Origin: an uncultured Armatimonadetes bacterium
GTDB lineage: Bacteria > Armatimonadota > Hebobacteria > Hebobacterales > Hebobacteraceae
Length of the DNA stretch: 64,000 nucleotides
Reading direction: 5' to 3'
Assembly: GCA_963716175.1 (NCBI GenBank)
Contig: OY970296.1
Coordinates: 1,792,001 to 1,856,000, forward strand
Part shown: positions 9,284 through 19,576 of the stretch, in pieces
Position numbering within the stretch: position 1 is the stretch's first letter
Layout: every line of letters starts with the position of its first letter
Notes under the pieces: generated by a model
The model's input: only the letters and a program-made list of their open reading frames with translations
Told to the model about the DNA's origin: nothing
Databases searched by the model: none
Translations under genes and position numbers: made by a program

Positions 9284-11229
9284 CTAGCCGCGCACCGCCT
9301 TCTCCGCGCGGGCCAGCGCGTGCTGCGCAGGCTCGGCTGCCAGCGGGTCAACCCAGGGCGAGAAGTCCTCGAGCATCCTGCGCCGGACGGCCTCGTAGTC
9401 CGCGCGAAGGGCGCGGAGGGCCTTGCGGTCTTTGCGCCATCCCGCAAGGTGGGCACGGGCGATGCGGTTGGCCTGGTCGGCGTGGATGGCAACCAACTCC
9501 AAGCTGGTGCGCACCACTGGGTTCCTCTCCCGCTTGGCGAGGGCGCCGAAGCGCAGCCGGTAGCGCTCGGTCGAAGCGGCCATCTGCTGCATCTTCTTCA
9601 GGTCGGCGGCATCGCCGTCCCCCAGGGTCTTATGCTCGTAGTCCGGCCCGCTGCGGAAGCCTGCTACCAGGTGCGAGAAGTAGGCCTCCACTTCGTCGGC
9701 CTGCTGGCCAAAAGCGGCCGACATGATCTTGGCGCGGTGCTGCCTGGCAGGCAGGCGCTTGTTCCAGAGCAGATCACCCATCGCGTTCGGCATGTAGGGG
9801 AGCGGGTAGAAGCAACGTATCGCCTGGCAGCTCAAGAGGCCGTTCAGGCCAAGTGACTCCAGATCCTTTAGGTCCCGCGCCATCGCGGCCCCCACATCCC
9901 GCCCCAGGCCATCGGACCAGACTGCCCACATCATGTGATAGTCGAAGATGAAGGTATCGGGCAGCTTCAGCTTGCTCCAGCTGCGCATGATCTGGGCATA
10001 GGCGCGATTGGTGCGCGGGAGGCGGCAGCGGTTCAGCTTGGGCCGGGCGGCGCCGGCGGGTTCCTGGCATTTGGGATCATCCAGGGGGTGGCGGTAGCAA
10101 CGGGTGATGGGCGCGTACATGAAGATGACGTTGTCGGTGGTGACGCGAACTCGGTCGGGCGGCCAAAGCAGATCCATGTAGCCCAGGAAGACCACGCGCG
10201 TGGCAAGCTGCTCCTGCTTCAGCCGGCGGCCGATCGCCTCCACCAGCATGGCATACCAGTCGGAGGGGGTCTGCTTGCGGCAGTCCGCGCACTCGCACTT
10301 GTTGTTGTAGGAGTCCGACATCCAGACGTGCAGGCAGTCCACCTCCGAGTGCTGTCTGGCATAGGTCACCACTTGCTCGACGAAGGCCTGCCGCACCTGC
10401 GGCTGGGAGTAGCAGAGCTCGGTGTTGGCGGCGATGCCCTCCCACAGATCCCGTTTGCCGTTCACCTCCGCCAGCCAGCCTCGCTTGTCGCGGGCTGGCC
10501 TTTGCGCGGTCCTCTCCCAGCCCAGGCCGGGCACACCGACGGCGGCAGAGGTCCAGCCATGCCCAACCCGATGGAGCACCATGCCCAAGTCCTTGACGCG
10601 CGCGATCACCCGGTCATCCAAAGCGTAGCAGTCGGACTCGGAGAGGCGGTCTCCCACCTCCTGATAGCCCCGCCGCCAGAAGACGCCGGCGTGGAGGAAC
10701 TGGAGCTGGAAGGTGTTCATCTTCTTCTTCGCCATCCAGTCGAGCACATCGAGCACATGCGCCAGCCGCGGCGCGCCCTCGATGCAGATGCCCCGGTGGC
10801 GATAGCTGGCCTGCTCGCGAAGGGGGCGTGTCGGGAGACTGAGCCGGCGGCCCGCGGGCACCACCTCGCCGTTGGGGCCAGGCCGGAGGAAGACAACGCC
10901 CAGCTCCTCGAGCAGGCGGTAGGCAGCGAAGAGGACGCTGCGGGGATTGGACCCCACCAGATAGAGGGTCCCTTTCCTGGGGATGATGGCGAGCGCGTCA
11001 TCGAGCTGGTGGGGCCGGGGAGCGCGCCCAGGCCCAGGCCGGTGAGGTGGTCGCCGGTGCCCAGCACGATGCGGGCCCGGCAGCCCTCGGGCAGCAATGC
11101 GAGCGGGGGCAAGGCCTCGGCTACGACGTTCGCCAGTCGGGGCAGATAGGCCTCAAGCTCCTGCGCGGCCCGCGCCACCGGTGACTCGAAGCCCAGCGGT
11201 TGGATCAGGATGCGACTGTTGGCTCTCAT
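9284..11229 (-). CDS. DUF4838-like glycoside hydrolase with a GH20/GH67-type N-terminal domain; one frameshift near 11011-11020
   Basis: AAQEL..YL, GSNPRSVLFAAYRLLE.LG, RG, DWMAKKKMN, LCYS.P and CECADC motifs. Frames join if one C is added in a C-run. Confidence 0.75.
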
Positions 11230-11312
11230 GGTGACCCCTCCAGGTGAAATGCCGGAGCGTCCGGTTACGCATCTGCGGGTCGGCATTTCTGCGCCGACAC
11301 TTGAAGCGCCTG

Positions 11313-11843
11313 CTAGGCCCTCTCGCTCCCGCGAAGCTGCTCCCAGGTCTGCCGGTCAATGACCATGCGCACCTCGGCCCGCGCGAAGAGGCTATCGCCG
11401 GCAGGAATCTTGCCGATCTTGAAGCCGACTTTGTGATAGCAGCGCAGCGCCCGGCGGTTGTCCGGGTGGCAGGAGAGGCGGACCTCCCGCAGCCCCAGGG
11501 TCTGGAAGGCGTGGTCGAGCAGGGCCTGCGTGGCGGCGGTGCCATAGCCTCGACCCCACAGCCGCTTCTCGCCGATCATCAGGCCGAGGTGAGCGCACCC
11601 GGTCTGGCGGTCTATCCCCCGCAGGCCGCAGGTGCCGATGGTTCTCCCCTGCTCGTCCTCGATGGCAAAGGGCTGCTGCTGAACCTTGTCGGCGAGGACG
11701 CCGGCGATCCAGGCGCGTTCGGCCTCCACGGTGGCGGGAGGCTGCAGCAGGCCCAGGTAGCGGATGACGTCGGGGTCGCTGACCCAGCGGAAACAGACTT
11801 CCGCGTCGCTCATGCGAATGGGGCGAAGGGTCACCCTGGCCAT
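11313..11843 (-). CDS. GNAT N-acetyltransferase (RimJ/RimL-like)
   Basis: IGEKRLWGRGYGT and N.RA.RCY.KVGF motifs. Confidence 0.9.
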   Translation of the reverse strand: MARVTLRPIRMSDAEVCFRWVSDPDVIRYLGLLQPPATVEAERAWIAGVLADKVQQQPFAIEDEQGRTIGTCGLRGIDRQTGCAHLGLMIGEKRLWGRGYGTAATQALLDHAFQTLGLREVRLSCHPDNRRALRCYHKVGFKIGKIPAGDSLFARAEVRMVIDRQTWEQLRGSERA

Positions 11844-11931
11844 GTCGGCTTTCGATTCGCCTCCGGCCGAAGGGGGTCCTGGCGCGACCAGAGGGCTGGG
11901 CCGGTGTCGAATGCCAGGGCTGAGCCGATCC

Positions 11932-11961
11932 TTTACAGCGGATGATCGGTTTCCGTATAAT
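11932..11961 (+). promoter_or_regulatory. Putative sigma70 promoter
   Basis: TTTACA-N18-TATAAT upstream of the 12013 CDS. Confidence 0.55.
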
Positions 11962-12012
11962 GTTGCTCGTCGGCCCTTTCCCCCCGCAGGTGGGCCGAAA
12001 GTGAGGCCCAGA

Positions 12013-15000
12013 ATGGCAGTCTCCCGAAGCCGCAGATCGCGCCACTCCGCCCGCGAGACCATGGGATTGCTGTGCGCGCTGACCTTGCTGTTCCTCCTGT
12101 CCGGTGCTCGCGCCTGGGCGCTGCGGCTGCCGACGGAGGCGCCGGGGCTCCGGGTCCACGTGCACGCTCTCTGGAACGAAGAGTACCTCTGCCTCGCAGC
12201 CACGGTGGCCGACCCCATGGTGACGGGCTCGAACGTGGGCCCGATGTCGGCGCCGCAACAGGATGACGCCATTGAGTTCGATCTGGAGGTGCCGGGCCCG
12301 GCCGGGCGGCAGGCCCATCGCCTGATCATCAGCGCGGCTGGCGGCATGACCCTGTTCAGCCGGGAGGCGGGAGGCCGGTGGCGGACCGACCCCTCCTGGA
12401 TCAGCGGCCAGCAGACCGTGAAGTACGCGGTGACCGTAGATGGCACGCTGAACAACCCCGCGGATACGGACGTGGGCTTCACCGTGGAGTGCGCGATCCC
12501 GTGGGCCTTTCTGGGCGGGCGGCCGCCGATCGCCCAGGAGGTCGGCTTCAACGTGATCTGCTGGATGCAGGGGGAGACCGAGGGACTGGTGAGCTGGGCG
12601 CAGACAGTGCGCTCGGAGCGCGATGCCGGTGATGCCGCCCGCTGGGGGAGGATGCTGGTCAGCCCGAGTTCGCCGCTGGCGACGGCGCAAGGGGCCTGGC
12701 TGCCCTGTCCCTATGTGGGGCGAATGCCGTTCATAGACGGGAAGCTGAACGCGGATGAGTGGCTCACCGCCAGCACGCTGACTCTAGAGAAGCCGAAGCC
12801 CACACTCCAGCCCGCGGCCACTCCGCCGAAGCAGAGCGACGTGATCGGTATGCTGCTGGCGATCTATCGCTATGACTGGCAGGGAGACCCTGCTCGGCCC
12901 GGCGCCCATCTCTGGGGGAGCGACGGCGGCCCTGCCACCAGTGACCAGCCCAAGGAAGGGGCAGGCCCCTGGTACAGCTATGAGCGAGTGGCCTGGCACC
13001 GGGCGCAGCTCGATGAGGTCCAGCGCAGCGGGATAGATATCATCCTGGCGCGCTACCGGGGCGATGAGGAGTCGCGCCGCACCTGGGCGCGGACGGGGCT
13101 GGACCGGCTCGGGGAGGCGCTCAAGGGGATGCGGGCGGAGGGGCACAGCTACCCGCTGGTGGGGATGATGCTGGACACGGCGCCGCTGCGAGGTGCTGAT
13201 CTGAAGTCGCTGGATGGCAAGCGCCTGCTCTATGGGATGATCAGGGATTTCTTCCTGCACGTGCCGCGGGAGTTCTGGGCGGAGTTGGGGGCGCGGCCGC
13301 AGCAGGGCGTCACCGGCGGCGCGCCGGTGCTGCTGGGAGAGCCGGAGGGACTGGCGGACTGGGATGGGAGCTTTCTCGCCTTCGCGCAAGACCAGTTCGG
13401 GCGCGATTTTCCCGGCGGGAAGCTGGCCTGGCTGGGCAGCAGCCAGTGGCGACCGCGAGGGGCAGAGGGCTTCTACGCCTATATCCGGCTACCGGGAGCA
13501 GTAGGCTTCACCCAGGAGGGCGCGGGAGGGGTGAGCGCGGTGGCGCTGTCGCCGGGCTTCTGCCCGGCCCCGGGAATCGGCGGGGAGGTTCGTCCTCGGC
13601 GAGAGGATCGCGCCTATCGCGCCGACTGGCAGCGGGTGCTGGCGGCGGCCCCGGAGCTGGTGGTCCTGAATAGCTGGAACGATTTCGCCGATGGCAGCGA
13701 CCTGGCTCCCTCTCGCCAGTACGGGTTCAGCTATGTTGATCTGACCCGATACTTCTCAGCTCGCCTCGGGAGCCGCCAGCCGCACTCCCTTCGGCTGAAG
13801 AAGCAGGCCGTGCCTGCGGTGCTGCGGCCGGGTGCGGACTACCAGGTGGAGCTGGTGGTCGAGAATGTCGGCACCGAGGACCTGCATACGGGAAGAAGCA
13901 TAACCGCCGACTACCGCATGGTGCGGCGATCCGATGGCCAGGTGGTCAGATCGAAGACCGGGGCCCAGGGCCTGGACATCATGGCCGGGCAGACACTGCG
14001 GCTGCCGGTGCTGATCTCCACCCGGGATGATCGGGGCGACCCGCTGCCGCCGGGCCAGTATCTCTTCTCACTGGTGGCGGTGAGGAGCAAGGTGGCCTAT
14101 CTGCGGTCGCGCTGGTTCGCCCGCCCGGAGGCCGAGCTGACCGTGCCCGTCACAATCGGCGAGCCGCCGGCGCGACGCGTTACCATCATCAGTACCTCGC
14201 TGCCATCGTCCATCGAGACCGGGGCCACGGAGCAGGTGGTGGTGCGGCTGCGCAATGACGGGGCCGACACCTGGCGAGCAGCGAAAACCGCGCTTTCTTA
14301 TCGGTGGCTGCGGCATGAGGATGACCTCAGCCTGCCGGCCGATCAGCCGGAAGAACGGGTGGTGGGTGAGGGGGCGCGGGCTGGTTTGCCAAAGGATGTG
14401 GCGCCGGGAGAGGTGGTATCGGTGATGATCCCGGTTACTGCTCCCTCCGCCCCTCAGGAGACTCGCGCCGAGGAGGGGACTGCCACGGCCGGGCTATGGC
14501 ACTATCGGGTGGGGTGGGATCTGGTTGACAGCGGCGGCGAGCGGTTCTCAGACCCTGGGGGCGTATCAGAGGCGATCCAGGTGGTTCCGCGCGATCGGGG
14601 CGTGGTCTTCAGCTCGGCGAGCACCCCGGGCGCGATGCGGGCAGGGGAGCAGGCGAAAGTAGAGGTGGTGGTGGGGAACGCGGGGCCGCGCCCGTGGGCC
14701 GCGGGCCAATCCCATCTCGCCTATCACTGGTATCGGTGGGATGGCCGGGAACTGGCCGGGGCGACGGGGGCCACCCCTCTGCCATCTGACCTGGCCCCTG
14801 GACAGAAGATCATGCTGGTGGCTGCGCTCGAGGCGCCGGCTGCGGCCGGCCCCTACTGGGTGGTCTGGGACATGGTGGCCAACGGCCTGGGCTTTCGCGC
14901 TGCGGGTGGCGGCCGCCGCGGCGACGTGGTGGTGGCGCCGGTGATGGTGCGCGGGGGCGAGTTCCGCGCCATTGACCTGTCATCGTTCTCCAACGTGGTA

Positions 15001-15579
15001 GCGGTGACAGATGACGCGCATCGCTCCCGGGGGGATTTCGATGGGCAGGGCCGCAGCTTTCCGGCAGAATGGGTGCCGCCGGACGCGTCCGGCGCGGCCG
15101 ACCGGCTCTACCCGAGTGGCTACTACTCGCCATTCGCCCCCACAAAGGAAGTCCCGTTCGCCTTCCCTGATACCAGCTCGGGGGTGGCGGGCGCGGTGGC
15201 CTGCAACGGACAGGCCATCCCGCTCGGGGGTAAGGGCGCGAAGCGGGTGCATCTGCTGCTGGCGAGCACAAACCCGGAGGTAGGGCAGGTCCGCGACCTG
15301 CCCGGCCAGGACAAGGTGGCATTTGGCCTGAAGCTGGCCGATGGGCAAGTCCAGCAGGCCATGGTAAGCGCCTGGCCTTGGCTGGGCCGGGCTCCCGGGT
15401 ATCCGCAGGACGTGGGCCTGTTCGCGCCTTATCTGCGCACGCTGAGCGGCGATGATGCCACGGCGGTGGCCAACCTCTATCATCGGGTGGTAGCACCATC
15501 GTCGGGAGTAGTGGTCTCGTTGCAGTTGCCGCAGCAGCCGTCGGTAAAGATGCTGGCGGTGACGGTGGAGGAGGAGTAG
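12013..15579 (+). CDS. Large secreted multidomain protein: CBM9/DOMON-like, GH99/DUF5010-like barrel, and NBR1-type Ig repeats
   Basis: Signal peptide; TVECAIPW; WHRAQL.E...GID; SWNDFADGS..AP; repeated V...N.G...W....LSYRW / LP.DVAPG Ig modules. Confidence 0.7.
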   Translation: MAVSRSRRSRHSARETMGLLCALTLLFLLSGARAWALRLPTEAPGLRVHVHALWNEEYLCLAATVADPMVTGSNVGPMSAPQQDDAIEFDLEVPGPAGRQAHRLIISAAGGMTLFSREAGGRWRTDPSWISGQQTVKYAVTVDGTLNNPADTDVGFTVECAIPWAFLGGRPPIAQEVGFNVICWMQGETEGLVSWAQTVRSERDAGDAARWGRMLVSPSSPLATAQGAWLPCPYVGRMPFIDGKLNADEWLTASTLTLEKPKPTLQPAATPPKQSDVIGMLLAIYRYDWQGDPARPGAHLWGSDGGPATSDQPKEGAGPWYSYERVAWHRAQLDEVQRSGIDIILARYRGDEESRRTWARTGLDRLGEALKGMRAEGHSYPLVGMMLDTAPLRGADLKSLDGKRLLYGMIRDFFLHVPREFWAELGARPQQGVTGGAPVLLGEPEGLADWDGSFLAFAQDQFGRDFPGGKLAWLGSSQWRPRGAEGFYAYIRLPGAVGFTQEGAGGVSAVALSPGFCPAPGIGGEVRPRREDRAYRADWQRVLAAAPELVVLNSWNDFADGSDLAPSRQYGFSYVDLTRYFSARLGSRQPHSLRLKKQAVPAVLRPGADYQVELVVENVGTEDLHTGRSITADYRMVRRSDGQVVRSKTGAQGLDIMAGQTLRLPVLISTRDDRGDPLPPGQYLFSLVAVRSKVAYLRSRWFARPEAELTVPVTIGEPPARRVTIISTSLPSSIETGATEQVVVRLRNDGADTWRAAKTALSYRWLRHEDDLSLPADQPEERVVGEGARAGLPKDVAPGEVVSVMIPVTAPSAPQETRAEEGTATAGLWHYRVGWDLVDSGGERFSDPGGVSEAIQVVPRDRGVVFSSASTPGAMRAGEQAKVEVVVGNAGPRPWAAGQSHLAYHWYRWDGRELAGATGATPLPSDLAPGQKIMLVAALEAPAAAGPYWVVWDMVANGLGFRAAGGGRRGDVVVAPVMVRGGEFRAIDLSSFSNVVAVTDDAHRSRGDFDGQGRSFPAEWVPPDASGAADRLYPSGYYSPFAPTKEVPFAFPDTSSGVAGAVACNGQAIPLGGKGAKRVHLLLASTNPEVGQVRDLPGQDKVAFGLKLADGQVQQAMVSAWPWLGRAPGYPQDVGLFAPYLRTLSGDDATAVANLYHRVVAPSSGVVVSLQLPQQPSVKMLAVTVEEE
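15280..15303 (+). repeat. Intact GTAG REP, in frame inside the CDS (encodes VGQVRDLP)
   Basis: GTAGGGCAGGTCCGCGACCTGCCC, exactly 8 codons; near-identical to intergenic REPs at 20670 and 39896. Confidence 0.85.
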
Positions 15580-15605
15580 CGAGAGCGCCCGCCGTGCCGA
15601 CTGCC

Positions 15606-15684
15606 GGGCAGGAGGCAAGTGGCTAAGCCCGCCTGGGGCGGGCCGCCACTCCGGTCGCCGGAGGCAACCTAGGGGCTCCTGCCC
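15606..15684. repeat. REP arms enclosing the composite double-hairpin element
   Basis: GGGCAGGAG ... CTCCTGCCC arms around GTGGCTAAGC..GGCCGCCA-CTCCGG..CCTAGGGG. Confidence 0.8.
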
Positions 15685-15716
15685 AACCCGTTTCACTGGC
15701 TTCCTGGAGGATCGCT

Positions 15717-17012
15717 TTGTCGAGCTGGCTGATCGAGAACGCGGCAGTAGTGACGGTTGACGATCACGATACCGTGCTGCCGCGGGCGGACTTGCTGGTC
15801 GAGGGTACGGACATCGCCGGGCTGTGGCCGGCAGGCAAACCGGCCGGAGTGAAGGCAGCGCAGACCATCGAGGCCAAAGGCATGGTAGTGATGCCCGGCA
15901 TGGTCAACGCCCACACCCACTGCGCCATGACCTTCCTGCGCGGCTATGCCGATGACATGCCGCTGATGCCGTGGCTGAAGGAGCGCATCTGGCCCTTCGA
16001 GATGAAGCTGCAGCCGGAGGATGTGTATTGGGGCAGCATGCTGGGCATCGCGGAGATGATCCGGGGAGGCGTGACCTGCTTCAATGACATGTATCACTAC
16101 TTCGAGCAGGCGGCGCGGGCGGCGCTGGACAGCGGGATTCGCGCCCATGTCTCAGGGGTGCTGCTCGCCTTCCTGCCGGATGCCAAGGAGCGGCTGGAGC
16201 ACGCCATCGAGTTCGCCAAGGAGTGGCATGGGCGAGGAGACGGCCGGCTGGTGACGATGCTGGGGCCTCACGCTCCCTACACCTGCCCGAATCACCTGCT
16301 GGAACGAGTGATCGAGGGGGCGCGGGAAAGCGGAGTTGGCATCCACATCCACGTCTCAGAGACCAGGCAAGAGGTGCAGGACAGCCTGAAGGAGTTCGGG
16401 CAGACGCCGGTGGCACGGCTGCGGGAGATCGGACTGCTGGACGTGCATCCGGTGCTGGCCGCGCACTGCGTGCATCTCACGGATTCGGATATCGCCACCC
16501 TGGTTGATAAGAAAGTAGGCGCTTGCCACTGCCCGGGAAGCAACATGAAGCTGGCCTCCGGGGTGGCGCCGGTGCCCAGGCTGCTGGAGGCGGGGGCGAT
16601 CGTGGGCCTGGGCACAGATGGGCCGGCGAGTAACAACAACCTGGATATGCTGGAGGAGGCGCGGCTGGCGGCGCTGCTGCACAAGGTGGCCGGGGAGGAG
16701 CCGACGCTGGTGACCGCGCCCCAGGCGCTGCGGATGGCGACGCGCGGCAGCGCGCAGGCGCTTGGGATTGGCGATCGGGTGGGGCAGATCAAGGTGGGAA
16801 TGAAAGCCGATCTCGCTCTGCTGGACTTCCACCAGGCCCACCTCTACCCGCCCCATGATATCATCTCTCATCTGGTGTATGCCGCGCGCGCCGGCGACGT
16901 CCGTACGGTGTTCGTTAACGGCCGGCCGTTAATGATTGACCAGAAGCTGACCACCATGGATGAGGATGAGATCTTCCAGCAGGTAGGGGAGAGGCTGGAG
17001 CGGTTGGGCTGA
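15717..17012 (+). CDS. mtaD: MTA/SAH deaminase-family amidohydrolase
   Basis: PGMVNAHTH, RGYADD.PL..WL, PHAPYT, HIHVSET, SNMKLASG, GTDG.ASNN motifs; TTG start after GGAGG. Confidence 0.85.
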   Translation: MSSWLIENAAVVTVDDHDTVLPRADLLVEGTDIAGLWPAGKPAGVKAAQTIEAKGMVVMPGMVNAHTHCAMTFLRGYADDMPLMPWLKERIWPFEMKLQPEDVYWGSMLGIAEMIRGGVTCFNDMYHYFEQAARAALDSGIRAHVSGVLLAFLPDAKERLEHAIEFAKEWHGRGDGRLVTMLGPHAPYTCPNHLLERVIEGARESGVGIHIHVSETRQEVQDSLKEFGQTPVARLREIGLLDVHPVLAAHCVHLTDSDIATLVDKKVGACHCPGSNMKLASGVAPVPRLLEAGAIVGLGTDGPASNNNLDMLEEARLAALLHKVAGEEPTLVTAPQALRMATRGSAQALGIGDRVGQIKVGMKADLALLDFHQAHLYPPHDIISHLVYAARAGDVRTVFVNGRPLMIDQKLTTMDEDEIFQQVGERLERLG

Positions 17013-17019
17013 GACGCGC

Positions 17020-17146
17020 GGCGGGCATAGGTCCCTAGGCCTGAAGGGCGGGATGTCCCTAGGCCCGGTAGGGCCGGGATGGCGGCCGGCTCTGCCAGCC
17101 TAGCCAGCGGTCGCCGAATGGCGGCCTAGCCACATGCCCGCCCTAC
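17020..17146. repeat. REP arms enclosing a tandem A-A-B-B array of hairpin modules
   Basis: GGCGGGCAT...ATGCCCGCC-CTAC around two GTCCCTAGG..GGGAT modules and two GCGG(C/T)C..GCCTAGCCA modules. Confidence 0.85.
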
Positions 17147-17167
17147 AAACGGCGGCCGGAGAGGGCA

Positions 17168-17662
17168 GTGTCGAACGAGCTGGTGATTCGCGATGTCAAC
17201 CCTGATGACGTGGGGACCTTGTGCGAGATCGCGGTGGCGGCCTGGCGGCCGATCTTCGCCTCCTTTCGCCAGATGCTGGGGGATGAGCTGTTCGAGGTGG
17301 TGTGTGCGGGCTGGCAGGAGGACAAAGCGAGGCAAGTCAGGCGGGCGTGCGATCCCACCGACTCGACGCTGGTGTGTGTGGCGGAGAGAGACGGACAGGT
17401 GGTCGGATTCATCACCTTCCATGCCGATGCCGGCTCGAGCCTTGGGCAGATCGGGAACAATGCCGTGCACCCGGATTTCCAGGGACAGGGTATCGGGCCC
17501 AGGATGTACCAGCACGCGTGCGAGCGGATGCGGGGGCTAGGGGTGCGATTCGTCAAGGTGATGACAGGCCTGGATCCGTCCCACGCCCCAGCCAGGCGGG
17601 CCTACGAGAAGGCCGGGTTCTCGATTCAGATGTCCTGGGTGGACTACTACCGGAAGCTGTGA
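17168..17662 (+). CDS. GNAT N-acetyltransferase
   Basis: AVHPDFQGQGIG and PARRAYEKAGF motifs. Confidence 0.9.
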   Translation: MSNELVIRDVNPDDVGTLCEIAVAAWRPIFASFRQMLGDELFEVVCAGWQEDKARQVRRACDPTDSTLVCVAERDGQVVGFITFHADAGSSLGQIGNNAVHPDFQGQGIGPRMYQHACERMRGLGVRFVKVMTGLDPSHAPARRAYEKAGFSIQMSWVDYYRKL

Positions 17663-18456
17663 GCGTGGGGTTGGGCACGGAGCAGGCTAATCTCAGGCAT
17701 GCGGTGCGGCGCGCGAAGCGACAGAAGCTGTTCGCGTCGCTGGCGCGAATCTATGCCAGCTTCCCGGAGACGGAATGCGAGAACTGCGCCCGCTGCTGCT
17801 TCGAGAGCCCGGGGATCTTCTTCATCGAGTACCTGCACCTGATGGAGGAGATAGGGGGGCTGCCGCGGGCGCGGCAGGAGTTGCTCAAGCGGCGCGCTCT
17901 GGGCGAGCTGCTGTTCTCGTGGGTTGATCCGCAGCGGCAGTGCATCTTCCTGGAGTCCTCTCGCTGCACATTGTACCAGCGGCGGCCGCTGGCCTGCCGG
18001 CTCTTCGGGCTGGTGTCCCCCACCGACCGGGAGCAAGCAGAGCTGGAGGCGCGGCTGGCCGCCAGGGAAGAGGCCAGGCGGCTGGGGCTGCTGGGGATTC
18101 GCATCCCAGAGGAGATCGTCACCCGCGCGCTGGTGAGCTGTGAGCGCGTGCGGGACCGGCGGGGCCGAGAGGTCAGAGTGGATGCGGACGCCATGGCGGC
18201 GCGGGTGGCGCGACTGGACGAGGCGTTGCTGCCGCGGCAAGTGGTGGTGCGGGAGTTCTGCTTCCTGTCCCTGCCGGAGCGGCTGGCGATGAGCTGGTGG
18301 GAAGGTGATGCTGTGGAGATGATGAGAATCCAACTGCTGAGGCGGGCGCAGAGTGGAGAGCGGGTGGAGGATCTGCTGGGGGAGGTGTGGGAGATGGTGG
18401 CAGTAGAGAGTGGAAAGGTGAGAGGAGAGAGGAGAAAGGAGGGGCGATGGCGCTAG
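17659..18456 (+). CDS. YkgJ / CxxCxxCC cysteine-cluster protein
   Basis: CENCARCC, CIFL, CTLY..RPLACR motifs; GTGA overlap with the upstream gene. Confidence 0.8.
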   Translation: MSVGLGTEQANLRHAVRRAKRQKLFASLARIYASFPETECENCARCCFESPGIFFIEYLHLMEEIGGLPRARQELLKRRALGELLFSWVDPQRQCIFLESSRCTLYQRRPLACRLFGLVSPTDREQAELEARLAAREEARRLGLLGIRIPEEIVTRALVSCERVRDRRGREVRVDADAMAARVARLDEALLPRQVVVREFCFLSLPERLAMSWWEGDAVEMMRIQLLRRAQSGERVEDLLGEVWEMVAVESGKVRGERRKEGRWR

Positions 18457-19439
18457 GTTTCGGGTTGATCGGATGCGGCGCGATGGGGAGGGACCTAGGG
18501 ATGGCGTTGAAGGAACAGGTGGCTGAGGCCGAGGTGGTGGCCGCCTTCGACCCGTTCGCTCCCAACCTGGAGAGGTTGTGCGCCGACCTCGGGGCCGCTC
18601 CCGCGTCCTCGCTGGAGCAATTGCTGGGCCGAGATGATGTGCAAGCGGTGATCGTGGCCTCGCCCAACCATCTCCACTGCGAGCACACGCTGGCCGCGGC
18701 GAAGGCCGGCAAGCATGTGTTCTGCGAGAAGCCGATGGCGCTGTCGGTGGCAGATTGTGACCGCATGATGGCGGCCTGCGACGGGGCCGGCGTAAAGCTG
18801 ATGGTGGGCCACAGCATGCGGCTTTATCCGCTGCCGCGGAAGCTGCTGGAGATGGCCGCCAAAGGCGAGCTGGGACAGCCGCGCTTCGGGTTCGCCTCCT
18901 ACTTCTTCTCCGGGTTCAAGGGCCGGGGGAGCGGGGCCTGGCATATTGCGCGGGAGCGGTCGGGCGGCCTTTTCTTCCACATGGCCATCCATCACATTGA
19001 TCTGTTTCTGGCGATCTTCGGCCCGGCCCGCCGGGTGCAGTACGCAGGCGGACATCATGGGGCCCAGGTGCGGGATTTCGATGATGTCGCCAGCATCTTG
19101 ATCGAGTTCGCTTCGGGTGCCACCGCTGTGCTCACCGCCTCCAGCCTCTCGCCGGTGCCGTGGAGGGAGCTGGTGTTCCTGTTCACTGGCGGCCTGGCCC
19201 GGATGGACAGCCCATGGACCTACCTTGAGTTCGGCCCGGACGAGCAGCATCTTATCAGGGTGGAGCCGAAGGAGGTCCCCGGGCCCGGGGCGATCGAGGC
19301 CGAGCTGCGGAGCTTCACGCGGTGGGTGGTCTACAACGAGCCGCCAGTATTCGGCGCCAGAGAAGGCCGGGCAGCAGTGGCAGTGGCGGAGGCGGCGCAG
19401 CGGGCTGAGGAGACCGGGCAGGCGGCGGAAGTTGGGTGA
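18447..19439 (+). CDS. Gfo/Idh/MocA oxidoreductase
   Basis: GCGAMG, GKHVFCEKPMA, SGG...AIHHID motifs. Confidence 0.92.
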   Translation: MALGFGLIGCGAMGRDLGMALKEQVAEAEVVAAFDPFAPNLERLCADLGAAPASSLEQLLGRDDVQAVIVASPNHLHCEHTLAAAKAGKHVFCEKPMALSVADCDRMMAACDGAGVKLMVGHSMRLYPLPRKLLEMAAKGELGQPRFGFASYFFSGFKGRGSGAWHIARERSGGLFFHMAIHHIDLFLAIFGPARRVQYAGGHHGAQVRDFDDVASILIEFASGATAVLTASSLSPVPWRELVFLFTGGLARMDSPWTYLEFGPDEQHLIRVEPKEVPGPGAIEAELRSFTRWVVYNEPPVFGAREGRAAVAVAEAAQRAEETGQAAEVG

Positions 19440-19576
19440 CGGCGGTTTCACCGCAGAGGCGCGGACCGCGCGGCGGGAGTGAGCCTCAGGGAGAGGCCTC
19501 GCAAAGCTTCGCCCCGGCAGACTCAAGTCCGCCGGGGCGGGGTTGGCTAAGGGAACTAGTAGAACAGGAGCCTGAA

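Noticed and set aside
15580-15716. SAM/SAH riboswitch upstream of the deaminase
   Set aside because: The structure is explained by REP arms plus the repeat modules; no aptamer consensus recognised.
17020-17146. Possible mini CRISPR array
   Set aside because: The variable parts are short self-complementary loops, not ~30-nt spacers, and there are no cas genes.
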